Origin: Wujia sp. | GTDB taxonomy: Bacteria > Bacillota > Clostridia > Lachnospirales > Lachnospiraceae | DNA: 64,000 nt | NCBI GenBank assembly: GCA_051879955.1 | Contig: JBJENA010000078.1 | Location: 1,618-65,617 of the forward strand | Direction: 5' to 3' | Part shown: piece by piece, positions 1-8,761 of the stretch | Position numbering within the stretch: the first letter of the stretch is position 1 | How the letters are laid out: each line of letters starts with the position of its first letter | The notes under the pieces: model-generated | Told to the model about the DNA's origin: nothing | Databases searched by the model: none | The model's input: only the letters and a program-made list of their open reading frames with translations | Translations under genes and position numbers: made by a program

Positions 1-238
1 CACGTCGAATATAACCACTTGCCTGCTGTAAGGCCTTGATGGTTTCTTCTACTTCTTCCTCTGATCCTAGCACACTAATATATGCTTTACAGAATTTCAA
101 ATCCTGTGTAACCTCGACATCTGTCACAGATGTCATAGGATTCACACGCGGATCTTTTACTTCCATACGGATAATACGGGAAAGCTCTCTTTGAACTTCA
201 CCGTTTACCCTCTGGGATTTATGACTCGTTTTTTTCAT
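1..238 (-). CDS. rbfA: Ribosome-binding factor A (5' part; runs off window)
   Basis: Not in the ORF track. Manual translation from ATG at 238 gives MKKTSHKSQRVNGEVQRELSRIIRMEVKDPRVNPMTSVTDVEVTQDLKFCKAYISVLG. Directly follows the infB stop. Confidence 0.95.
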   Translation of the reverse strand, partial: MKKTSHKSQRVNGEVQRELSRIIRMEVKDPRVNPMTSVTDVEVTQDLKFCKAYISVLGSEEEVEETIKALQQASGYIRR

Positions 239-2605
239 TTATCTTGGCACCTCTACCATAATATATGCTTCGATGATGTCTTCTACCTTCAAATCATTGA
301 AGCCATCCATAACAAGACCACATTCAAATCCTGTCTTAACTTCCTTCACATCATCTTTAAAACGCTTCAGGGACGCAAGCTCACCTTCAAAAATCTGCTC
401 ACCCTGTCTTGTAATACGAACCTTACAATTTCTCTGAATGGTTCCATCAAGGACATAAGATCCTGCAATGGTACCTACACCAGAGGCCTTGTATGTCTGA
501 CGTACCTCTGCATGACCAATCACTTTCTCTTCGAAGATTGGATCTAACATACCCTTCATCGCGCTCTCGATGTCCTCAATCGCATTGTAGATAACACGAT
601 AAAGACGGATATCTACCTTTTCACGCTCAGCCATATCCTTAGCCTGATTATCCGGACGAATATTAAATCCGATAATAATCGCATCACTGGCAGATGCAAG
701 AACTACGTCACTTTCGTTGATTGCACCAACACCTGAGTGGATACACTTAACAGCAACTTCTTCATTTGACAATTTTAACAGACTCTGCTTTACAGCCTCT
801 ACAGAACCCTGTACATCTGCCTTGATAATCAAATTGAGATCTTTCACATTGCCTTCCTGAATTCTGTTATACAAATCATCCAAAGACATACGCTGCTTTG
901 TATCTGCAATCAGTTTTTCCTTACCACGATTGATAAATGCTTCTGAAATCGCACGAGCTTCCTTCTCATTTTCAGTAGCGATAGCAATCTCACCGGAATT
1001 TGGAACGCCATTTAATCCCAAAACCTCTACAGGTGTAGATGGGGTCGCCTCCTTGACCTTACGTCCCTTGTCATCAAACATGGCACGTACTTTACCGTGT
1101 ACATCACCGATTGCAAGGCAATCTCCAACCTTCAAGGTTCCCTTCTGTACCAATACAGTTGCCACAGAACCACGACCCTTATCAAGCTGTGCTTCGATGA
1201 CGATACCTCTTGCCTTACGGTTCTTGTTTGCCTTAAGCTCGAGGATTTCTGCTGTCAGAATAATCATCTCTAACAGGTTATCAATACCTTCTTTAGAGTG
1301 TGCAGATACCGGACAAAAAATGGTAGAACCGCCCCAGTCTTCCGGAACCAATTCATATTCCATCAACTCCTGCTTTACTCTCTCGATATTTGCACTTTCC
1401 TTATCAATCTTGTTGATTGCAACAATAATCTCGATACCTGCTGCCTTTGCATGGTTGATAGCCTCTACAGTCTGAGGCATAACACCATCATCTGCTGCGA
1501 CAACCAAAATTGCAATATCTGTTGACTGTGCACCACGCATACGCATTGCTGTAAATGCCTCATGTCCCGGTGTGTCAAGAAATGTAATCTTCTGACCATT
1601 GATTTTAACAACAGAAGCACCGATGTGCTGTGTGATTCCACCAGCCTCACCTGCAGTTACATCGGAGTTTCGAATCGCATCAAGCAAAGAGGTTTTACCA
1701 TGGTCAACGTGACCCATAACACAGACAACCGGTGGTCTTGCGGTCATCTCATCTTCATTTTCCTCTTCCTCACGCAACAATTCTTCGATTACATCTACTT
1801 TTTCTTCTTCTTCCGCGATGTAATTGTATTCCAATGCAATCTCTGCTGCCTCATCAAAGCTCAAATCCGAATTAACATTGTAAAGCTTTCCTGCCATAAA
1901 CATCTTCTTAATCAACTGTGCAACAGGAACCTTAATCTTTGATGCAAGCTCGCCTACAGTTAATACCTCCGGGAACTTGATGGTCTTGATAACCGGTTCT
2001 ACCGGTTCCTGCTTCTTTGGTGTAGGCTGCTGATTATTACGATTGTTCTGGTTATTGTTACGATTGTTATTTCTTGTATTACGATTGTTGCTTACTGCAT
2101 TACGGAAATTTGTTCCACGGCTTTCGCTTTTCTGACCGTTACGATTCTTGTTCTTATTATTACCGGAATTATTCCCATTATTGCCCTGGTTATTTCCGTT
2201 ACCGTTTTTCTGATTGTTATTACGATTATTGTTTTGTCTATTATTGTTATTATTATTGTTGTTCTTATTATTCTGATTCTGCTTATTCTGGTTATTATTT
2301 CTGTTCTGATTATTTTCGTTTCCAGGGTTCTGAGCCTTCTTTTGCACAGGCTTTTTGTCCTGTTTCTTAGGCTCCTGCGCCTTTTTCTCAACCGGTTTCT
2401 TTTCCTCCGGCTTTTTCTCTACCGGCTTTTTCTCAGCCGGTTTCTGTGTCAAAGCAGAACGAACTGATTGCATCATGGCATCATCAATACTGCTCTGTGC
2501 CTTTAAACCCTCTTTTTGATTTTTTAATAAATCAATAATCTGACTACTTTTTACTTCTTTACCCAGTTCAGATGTTAACTGTTTCGCAAATTCGTGTACT
2601 CTCAT
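239..2605 (-). CDS. infB: Translation initiation factor IF-2
   Basis: [42 protein letters not shown] motifs; Asn-rich N-terminal linker. Confidence 0.99.
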   Translation of the reverse strand: MRVHEFAKQLTSELGKEVKSSQIIDLLKNQKEGLKAQSSIDDAMMQSVRSALTQKPAEKKPVEKKPEEKKPVEKKAQEPKKQDKKPVQKKAQNPGNENNQNRNNNQNKQNQNNKNNNNNNNNRQNNNRNNNQKNGNGNNQGNNGNNSGNNKNKNRNGQKSESRGTNFRNAVSNNRNTRNNNRNNNQNNRNNQQPTPKKQEPVEPVIKTIKFPEVLTVGELASKIKVPVAQLIKKMFMAGKLYNVNSDLSFDEAAEIALEYNYIAEEEEKVDVIEELLREEEENEDEMTARPPVVCVMGHVDHGKTSLLDAIRNSDVTAGEAGGITQHIGASVVKINGQKITFLDTPGHEAFTAMRMRGAQSTDIAILVVAADDGVMPQTVEAINHAKAAGIEIIVAINKIDKESANIERVKQELMEYELVPEDWGGSTIFCPVSAHSKEGIDNLLEMIILTAEILELKANKNRKARGIVIEAQLDKGRGSVATVLVQKGTLKVGDCLAIGDVHGKVRAMFDDKGRKVKEATPSTPVEVLGLNGVPNSGEIAIATENEKEARAISEAFINRGKEKLIADTKQRMSLDDLYNRIQEGNVKDLNLIIKADVQGSVEAVKQSLLKLSNEEVAVKCIHSGVGAINESDVVLASASDAIIIGFNIRPDNQAKDMAEREKVDIRLYRVIYNAIEDIESAMKGMLDPIFEEKVIGHAEVRQTYKASGVGTIAGSYVLDGTIQRNCKVRITRQGEQIFEGELASLKRFKDDVKEVKTGFECGLVMDGFNDLKVEDIIEAYIMVEVPR

Positions 2606-2627
2606 GGGTTACACCTCCAATTCTAAA

Positions 2628-2933
2628 CTAATCCAACTTATCAGTAACCTGTTTTGCTAATCCTGCATCCGTAACTGCCAACACGGTACGTTGTTGCTTA
2701 CCAATCTGAGCTCCCAGTCTTTCACTATCAAATGCAATTTCGCAAGGAATGTGATAATAACTACATTTATTTAAAAATTTTTTCTTTGTGTTTTCTGACG
2801 CATCCTCCGCTACGATAACAAGAAAAGCACGCCCCTCCTGAATCGCTTTTTCTGTCAAAAAACCTCCACTTTCCACTTTTCCTGCCTTTGCAGCCAAGGA
2901 TAGCATAGAAAGTGCTCTGTTATTATTTGCCAA
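2628..2933 (-). CDS. ylxQ: L7Ae/L30e family RNA-binding protein (YlxQ)
   Basis: LSLAAKAGKVESG..VAEDASENTKKKF; canonical position between ylxR and infB; TTG start. Confidence 0.93.
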   Translation of the reverse strand: MANNNRALSMLSLAAKAGKVESGGFLTEKAIQEGRAFLVIVAEDASENTKKKFLNKCSYYHIPCEIAFDSERLGAQIGKQQRTVLAVTDAGLAKQVTDKLD

Positions 2934-3191
2934 TTATATCATCTCCTTAGCAAGCTCCTGATACACCGTATCCGGAATCTGACATTTCAAAGACCGTTCC
3001 AATGCTTTCGACTTTTCTGCTTTCTTTAAGCATTCCTCAGACATGCAGATATATGCACCTCTTCCATTTTTTCTTCCGGTCTTATCCAAACAGATTTGCG
3101 CTTCAGGTGTACGTATCACTCTGACAAGTTCCGTCTTTTGTTTCATTTCCCGACAGCCCACGCACTGTCTTTGTGGTATCTGTTTTGCCAA
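2934..3191 (-). CDS. ylxR: YlxR/RnpM family RNA-binding protein
   Basis: PQRQCVGC..GRGAYIC motif; position after nusA. Confidence 0.95.
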   Translation of the reverse strand: MAKQIPQRQCVGCREMKQKTELVRVIRTPEAQICLDKTGRKNGRGAYICMSEECLKKAEKSKALERSLKCQIPDTVYQELAKEMI

Positions 3192-3196
3192 TTTAA

Positions 3197-4360
3197 TTAC
3201 TCCTCATCCTCATAATCATCATAAGAATCGTAATCCTCATCATAATCATCAATCAGCATACCCAATTCCTTTGCCTGTGACTCACTCTTGATATCAATTT
3301 TATATCCGGTCAGCTTTGCAGCCAGACTCGCATTCTGACCTTCCTTGCCGATTGCAAGTGACAACTGGTCATCCGGTACTACTACATTGGCACACTTCTT
3401 CATCTTTCCATCTTGTTCTTCTGTGTATGCCTGTACCCAGATTACATCTGACGGACTCAAAGAATTCTTGATATATACTTCCGGATCTTCATCCCAGGCA
3501 ATAATATCAATCTTTTCTCCCTGTAAATCATCCACAATGGTATTTACACGTGCGCCTGCCATACCGACACAAGCTCCAACAGGGTCCACATTTGGATCCA
3601 GCGAACGAACTGCCAACTTTGAACGGGAACCCGCATCACGGGAAATACCCATGATTTCTACAACTCCATTCTGAATCTCCTCGATTTCATTTTCAAACAA
3701 ACGCTTTACAAGCTCCGGATGTGTTCTTGATACATGGATATTGATAGAATTGTTCTTTCTTTCCTTTCCATCCTTGCGCTTATTCTCACGCTTCTCCGGA
3801 CGTTTCACTTCCACTACATAAAGCTTGATATGGTCTCCCACACGATAACGTTCCGTCTTGACCTGCTCGCTTTCCTTCAAACGTGTTTCTGTTCTATCAT
3901 CCAGGCTTACGTAGATTGTATTGTCTACAAATCTTTGAACCACACCATTTACGATATCTCTTTCCTTGCATGCATATCTCTCATAAATGGCATCTCTTTC
4001 ACCTTCTTTGATATTTTGAATGATAATGCTTCTTGCTTTCTGAGCGGCCATACGACCAAAATCCATAGATTTGATTTCAAAAAGAACATATCCGCCTAAT
4101 TCATTTTTATCATCCATTGCCTTAGCCTGCGTCAAAGAAATCTCACAAGCCTCATTTTCAACTTCTTCTACAATCAGCTTTTTACGGAATACCTGAAGTT
4201 CTCCAGTCTCACGATCCATATGTGCTTCCACAATTGTATCCTTACCAAAGTCTTTCTCACAGGCTGCAACCAATGACTTTTCAATTGCTTCCATAACAAG
4301 TTCCTTGCTGACACTCTTTTCGCGCTCTAATTGATTTAAAGCATCAATAATCTCTGACAT
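3197..4360 (-). CDS. nusA: Transcription termination factor NusA
   Basis: FGRMAAQKA, VSRTHP, RDAGSRSK, GACVG, LSLAIGKEGQN motifs. Confidence 0.98.
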   Translation of the reverse strand: MSEIIDALNQLEREKSVSKELVMEAIEKSLVAACEKDFGKDTIVEAHMDRETGELQVFRKKLIVEEVENEACEISLTQAKAMDDKNELGGYVLFEIKSMDFGRMAAQKARSIIIQNIKEGERDAIYERYACKERDIVNGVVQRFVDNTIYVSLDDRTETRLKESEQVKTERYRVGDHIKLYVVEVKRPEKRENKRKDGKERKNNSINIHVSRTHPELVKRLFENEIEEIQNGVVEIMGISRDAGSRSKLAVRSLDPNVDPVGACVGMAGARVNTIVDDLQGEKIDIIAWDEDPEVYIKNSLSPSDVIWVQAYTEEQDGKMKKCANVVVPDDQLSLAIGKEGQNASLAAKLTGYKIDIKSESQAKELGMLIDDYDEDYDSYDDYEDEE

Positions 4361-4378
4361 TTTATTAACCTCCTCATC

Positions 4379-4843
4379 CTACTCAAATGCCAATCTTATC
4401 ATAGATATATCGTTTCTTGAAAACTCGGTTTCCGAATCTTCATTCTCCAACTGTAACTTCAAGGTGGTATCTGTAAAATCTAACAGATAAGCTTCAAACT
4501 CTTTCCGCCCGTCCACTGCACGATAAAGCTTTACTTCAACCTTTTTTCCAAGGTTGCGTTTAAAATCCTTATCTTTCTTTAAGGGTCTGGTTAATCCCGG
4601 AGAACTAACCTCTAAAATATATGCTTCTTTCAACTGATCTGCTTCATCAAGCTTTTCTTCCAAAGCCCTGCTGATTAAAACACAGTCATCAATGGTAATA
4701 CCACCCTCTTTGTCTGCATATACACGCAAATAATAATCTGCACCTTCTTTTACGTACTCGACATCTACCAACTCAAATTGATATTGTTCGATAATCGGCG
4801 TAACAAGCTGTGTGCAATGCGCTTCAATCTCGCTTTTCTTCAC
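4379..4843 (-). CDS. rimP: Ribosome maturation factor RimP
   Basis: GGITIDDC and YILEVSSPGLTRPL motifs. Start reassigned to GTG at 4843 (SD-like AAGGTGG upstream) because the ORF-track start at 4912 runs through the leader hairpin. Confidence 0.96.
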   Translation of the reverse strand: MKKSEIEAHCTQLVTPIIEQYQFELVDVEYVKEGADYYLRVYADKEGGITIDDCVLISRALEEKLDEADQLKEAYILEVSSPGLTRPLKKDKDFKRNLGKKVEVKLYRAVDGRKEFEAYLLDFTDTTLKLQLENEDSETEFSRNDISMIRLAFE

Positions 4844-4860
4844 TTCATCCACCTTTCTTT

Positions 4861-4895
4861 CAAAAACAAAGAGTGGGTTTTGTAAACCCACTCTT
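4861..4895 (-). terminator. Leader terminator/attenuator of the rimP-nusA-infB operon
   Basis: Perfect 12-bp stem AAGAGTGGGTTT-aca-AAACCCACTCTT followed by TGTTTTTG, lying between the promoter and the rimP RBS. Confidence 0.75.
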
Positions 4896-4921
4896 GCGTC
4901 ATCTGTATTCAAGTCTTATAT

Positions 4922-4949
4922 ATTATAACACTTCTTAACTATTTTGCAA
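4922..4949 (-). promoter_or_regulatory. SigA promoter of the rimP operon
   Basis: TTGCAA-N16-TATAAT with extended -10 TG. Confidence 0.75.
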
Positions 4950-4958
4950 GTACTTTTG

Positions 4959-7016
4959 CTATTTTTTCAGTACTAGTTTAATTTGAATTGCCAAAATCGC
5001 TTTGCCCTTTGATGTGATACCTGCTTTGGTTCCATTTTTTACCCATTTCATCCATCCGGTTTTCTCACTATACACACGATATGTAATATCGTATTTCTTT
5101 GCAAGATTACCTGTCAGTTTAATCTGAATTGCTTCCATCGGTTTCTTGGAAATACCACTTATCTTTCCATCTGTAACCCAGGCATTCCATCCCTTCTTTT
5201 GTGTATAGGTACGATATCTGACACCTCCGGATATTCGCTTATCCTTTATAGATATCTTTATACGTTCAAGAATCTTCTTATTATTTGTTTTTCCTGCTTT
5301 TGCACCATCATAAATAACATCGGTCTTTTCTGAACCTGACAAATATGCAGTATAAGAAATCACACGGGACAGATATGGCTGTTTTTTGTTGCTTGGTCCA
5401 ACGTTTCCTTTTTCAACCAGACGAATCTGAATGGCGACCATCGGTTTTCCGTAGGTAGCTGTACCGGCCGGTTCACCATTTTTTGCCCATCCGAGCCAAC
5501 CATGCCCTTCACAATTTGCTCTGTAATAAACATCATATTTCTTAGCCGCTGCACCGGTCAGCTTGATTTCTACTGCTTCCAAACGTTTTCCCGTTTTACC
5601 AATTGTTTTTCCATCCTTCGCCCAGGATTTCCATCCGGAACCCTGCACGAATCCGCGATACGTTACGCCTCCGCTTCCACAAAGGCCTCCCAATTCCACA
5701 CGTAACGCTTCTAACTGCTTACCTGCAGCTGTAGACCCGGCAACAATTCCATCTGCCTTCCTCTGCTGCCATCCGGTTTTTTTAACATATCCCCGATATG
5801 AAATATATGTATCCTTTAACTCTGCTTCGTCACCTTCATCTTCTATTGGCGGCAATACCCCTTGAACATAATTTTTCAGATTTTTTAGTTCTTTCGATGC
5901 GAAACTATATTCCAACCATGCATATCGAAATAACGCATATCCATCATATCCCATCTCATATGCAATCTTGCATTGGTTTGCCATATTGTCATTGCGCAAA
6001 GCCCAATCACAATCAATGGTTGATTTTTCACCTACTCTGTATAATGCAAGACCTACATAGATTGGTATATCCAGCTTATTTAGATTTCGCCATAATGTAC
6101 AGCGATTTGTATACATACTGGTTACACCGGCACTCGTGACATAATTATCTGTCCAGTATATCTGTGGCATAATATAATCTACATATCCCGGTTTGGACAT
6201 CCAGGTATCCACATCTGCCCCCTGTGCTCTTGCGTTGTCTATGTTTCCGGCCGGACTGATACCAAATACACACTTTGGATTCAATGCTTTAATTGCTTTA
6301 TATGCTGCAGAAACAAGCTTGTTAACATTTGTCTTTCGGTCTGCCAGACTGACCTGCGGACCCATTCCGCTCACATAGAAATAATCATCAAAATGAATGC
6401 CATCCACATCATAATTTCCTACAATCTCTTTTATCTGATTGACAATCAGCGTTCTTGCAGAACTCTTCGCCGGATCGAGTGCTAAACATGTTTGACCGGC
6501 ATTTTCATATTCCATAATGTAACTCTTATATTTTTCATAATACTTCGTTGCTTTGAACGCTGCGGTAGTATCATTGTTCAGGGAAATTCTATAAGGATTT
6601 ATCCAGGCTTCCAGTTTCATTCCCTTTTCATGCGCAATTTCAACCATAATCTTCATCGGGTCGTAACTAAGTGTCTTTCGTCCGGTTGAAATATAGACAG
6701 ACAATGGGAAATATGCAGATGGATACATGGCATCTCCCATAGCTCTTGCATGTACAATGACTGTATCCATCTGGTTATCCTTTACACGCTGAAACATATC
6801 TTCCACTTTATTCCGAAACCCGGTTTCACTCTTGTCTTTCAAGTAAGTCTGAATATCAAGATAAGATATCCAACAAGCCCGTTTGTCGTTCATGGCTGTC
6901 AAAGACATCGCAGCCTGTGCATTCTTATTTGATTGCACCACTACAGACATACACTGAAAAATCAATGCAAAAATAATGACACCTATGATTTTTGAATAAC
7001 GTTTCAAATGTTTCAT
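4959..7016 (-). CDS. Secreted GHL10 (DigH/YddW-like) glycoside hydrolase with C-terminal clostridial hydrophobic W (ChW) repeats
   Basis: Signal peptide; EAWINPYR, DGIHFDDYFY, FGISPAG, DYIMPQIYW motifs; about 6 repeats of the type GW..W..dG..aG...k.lEAi.ikL. Confidence 0.8.
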   Translation of the reverse strand: MKHLKRYSKIIGVIIFALIFQCMSVVVQSNKNAQAAMSLTAMNDKRACWISYLDIQTYLKDKSETGFRNKVEDMFQRVKDNQMDTVIVHARAMGDAMYPSAYFPLSVYISTGRKTLSYDPMKIMVEIAHEKGMKLEAWINPYRISLNNDTTAAFKATKYYEKYKSYIMEYENAGQTCLALDPAKSSARTLIVNQIKEIVGNYDVDGIHFDDYFYVSGMGPQVSLADRKTNVNKLVSAAYKAIKALNPKCVFGISPAGNIDNARAQGADVDTWMSKPGYVDYIMPQIYWTDNYVTSAGVTSMYTNRCTLWRNLNKLDIPIYVGLALYRVGEKSTIDCDWALRNDNMANQCKIAYEMGYDGYALFRYAWLEYSFASKELKNLKNYVQGVLPPIEDEGDEAELKDTYISYRGYVKKTGWQQRKADGIVAGSTAAGKQLEALRVELGGLCGSGGVTYRGFVQGSGWKSWAKDGKTIGKTGKRLEAVEIKLTGAAAKKYDVYYRANCEGHGWLGWAKNGEPAGTATYGKPMVAIQIRLVEKGNVGPSNKKQPYLSRVISYTAYLSGSEKTDVIYDGAKAGKTNNKKILERIKISIKDKRISGGVRYRTYTQKKGWNAWVTDGKISGISKKPMEAIQIKLTGNLAKKYDITYRVYSEKTGWMKWVKNGTKAGITSKGKAILAIQIKLVLKK

Positions 7017-7055
7017 CGCAATTCTCCCCTTACTGTTTATTGTTTGTTCATTATA

Positions 7056-8699
7056 CTATATTTTCTTCTTGCAGGAAAGTATTAGCAACAGAATTCCTGA
7101 TATTACCATACATACTACAACAAATCCGATTGCATATTTGTCCCCTGTAGAAATTGCATCCGTATCTACTTCTTTTGTTGTATGTGTGGAAGATGTCTTA
7201 GGAACCTCCTTTGATGGAACAACCAATGTATCTTTCTCGAAAGTCCTTTTTTCATGTGTTTTATTTTTTTCCATCTGTCTTTGTTCCTCCTGAACATATG
7301 GTTCTTCTGATTGTTCCTGTGTTGTCTGTTCTACTCGTGGACTTGGCGTCTCATCCGGAATCTCATAAACCTGAAATTCCTGTAACGCCGGTTCACTCGG
7401 CGTCGGCTGTGGTGTCCCGCCCGGTGTTTCACTCGGCGTCGGCTGTGGTGTCTCGCTCGGTGTTTCACTCGGCGTCGGCTGTGGTGTCTCGCTCGGTGTT
7501 TCACTCGGCGTCGGCTGTGGTGTCTCGCTCGGCGTTTCACTCGGTGTCGGTTGTGGGGTTATATAAGGATAAAAATGTCCTTCCGATTTCGTGTTTACAT
7601 TCTTGGCAATTACCTGTCCTTCATGGTTACCTCCACAAAGAGAGACATCTCCATTCGGTACCAGCAGATGTCCTGCAAGGAAATTTGCACGAACCGATTT
7701 CGCATCCGGGAAATTCCACAGAAGTCCCATTCCAAACGGATAATACTGTCCATTCTGAACATTTCCCTCTTTTCCTTCAACCAGTCTCATCAAATAATTG
7801 TTATTCAAAGCAATACCATCAATTTTAATTTTAGAGCTATCCAGCAAAAAATCAGATTCTCCATTGATGGATATGCTATAGGTTCCATGTAGTAACGCAT
7901 CTTCGCCTGCATGTATAATTTTTATCCCATCACATGTTTCGTAATCTTTGCCATCTATCGTAAAAGTATGGGATTTATCAAAATCAAGAACGATAGTATT
8001 TTCTTCCCAACTATATGCATTTTTTGTTCCCTGATTGCTAATCTGCTTTGATTGCTTTTCAATATTATCAAAAGCCTCATTCATATTAATATATGCTTCA
8101 TCCACCAATATCATTCGATTTACCAGCCAGTCTTTGTCTTTCATGTAGTTGTTTTCATAATAAAAATTGGTATCTATCCCTGAGGTATCATTCCATGCAC
8201 CGGCGTAATAATCTGTTAGATCAATCAGATTTTTCGCATAACTTGCAGCGGCTTTTACTTTTCCAATCGTATTTTTCAGATTCAAATCCTTTCCTACAAC
8301 TACCGGACCTATCGTGTCAGCAATCTCATCTCCGGTCAGATTTTCTTCTACAAAATAACTGTAATGGCCAAGTATATATTCCAGTGAATAATCTCCGGCA
8401 TATTTGATTTTGTTTTCTTCCTGCTTTTTTTCCTCATCAATATCCGGTATATCCGGCTGTTTTTTTTGAGGTTGTATTCCCTTTGTCCCATCTGTTTGTG
8501 TAGCATCCTGTGGACTTGCAATTTCTTCTTCAGAATTTTGACTATCGCTTTCTGTTGTCTCTATCTGTTCATAATTTGCATCGGAAGAAGTATTTGGATT
8601 TTCCAAAGCATAACTTCCTCCAGAATAAAACAAACTACAGGCAGATATGGTGATTCCAACCATAAAAACCTGTAGTTTTTTCCTTCCTTTTTTCTTCAT
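7056..8699 (-). CDS. Cell-surface protein with choice-of-anchor A (putative adhesin) domain, Pro/Thr/Ser stalk and sortase-like C-terminus
   Basis: Signal peptide (MKKKGRKK.., start at 8699 with AGGAG RBS); LLWNFPDA..GHLLVPNG..GGNHEGQVIA..EGHFYPY; C-terminal ISTGD + TM helix + KKK. Confidence 0.72.
   Translation of the reverse strand: MKKKGRKKLQVFMVGITISACSLFYSGGSYALENPNTSSDANYEQIETTESDSQNSEEEIASPQDATQTDGTKGIQPQKKQPDIPDIDEEKKQEENKIKYAGDYSLEYILGHYSYFVEENLTGDEIADTIGPVVVGKDLNLKNTIGKVKAAASYAKNLIDLTDYYAGAWNDTSGIDTNFYYENNYMKDKDWLVNRMILVDEAYINMNEAFDNIEKQSKQISNQGTKNAYSWEENTIVLDFDKSHTFTIDGKDYETCDGIKIIHAGEDALLHGTYSISINGESDFLLDSSKIKIDGIALNNNYLMRLVEGKEGNVQNGQYYPFGMGLLWNFPDAKSVRANFLAGHLLVPNGDVSLCGGNHEGQVIAKNVNTKSEGHFYPYITPQPTPSETPSETPQPTPSETPSETPQPTPSETPSETPQPTPSETPGGTPQPTPSEPALQEFQVYEIPDETPSPRVEQTTQEQSEEPYVQEEQRQMEKNKTHEKRTFEKDTLVVPSKEVPKTSSTHTTKEVDTDAISTGDKYAIGFVVVCMVISGILLLILSCKKKI
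7392..7559. repeat. 36-bp coding tandem repeat, about 4.7 copies (TPQPTPSETPSE)
   Basis: Unit ttcactcggcgtcggctgtggtgtctcgctcggtgt starting at 7392, 7428, 7464, 7500 and 7536 (partial). Confidence 0.95.
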
Positions 8700-8761
8700 A
8701 TATCTGCTCCTACATACATTCAACTTAATGTATGCAGGAAATGTAAGTATGATACCATTTT

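Noticed and set aside
2074-2467. Tyr/Cys-rich and Ile-rich short ORFs
   Set aside because: Alternative-frame and antisense readings of the IF2 poly-Asn region.
4844-4912. N-terminal extension of RimP in the ORF track
   Set aside because: It overlaps the leader terminator and starts right at the predicted TSS; GTG 4843 has an SD and gives a normal length.
7392-7559. 36-bp repeats resembling a CRISPR repeat length
   Set aside because: Head-to-tail with no unique spacers, in frame within a CDS, and no cas genes nearby.
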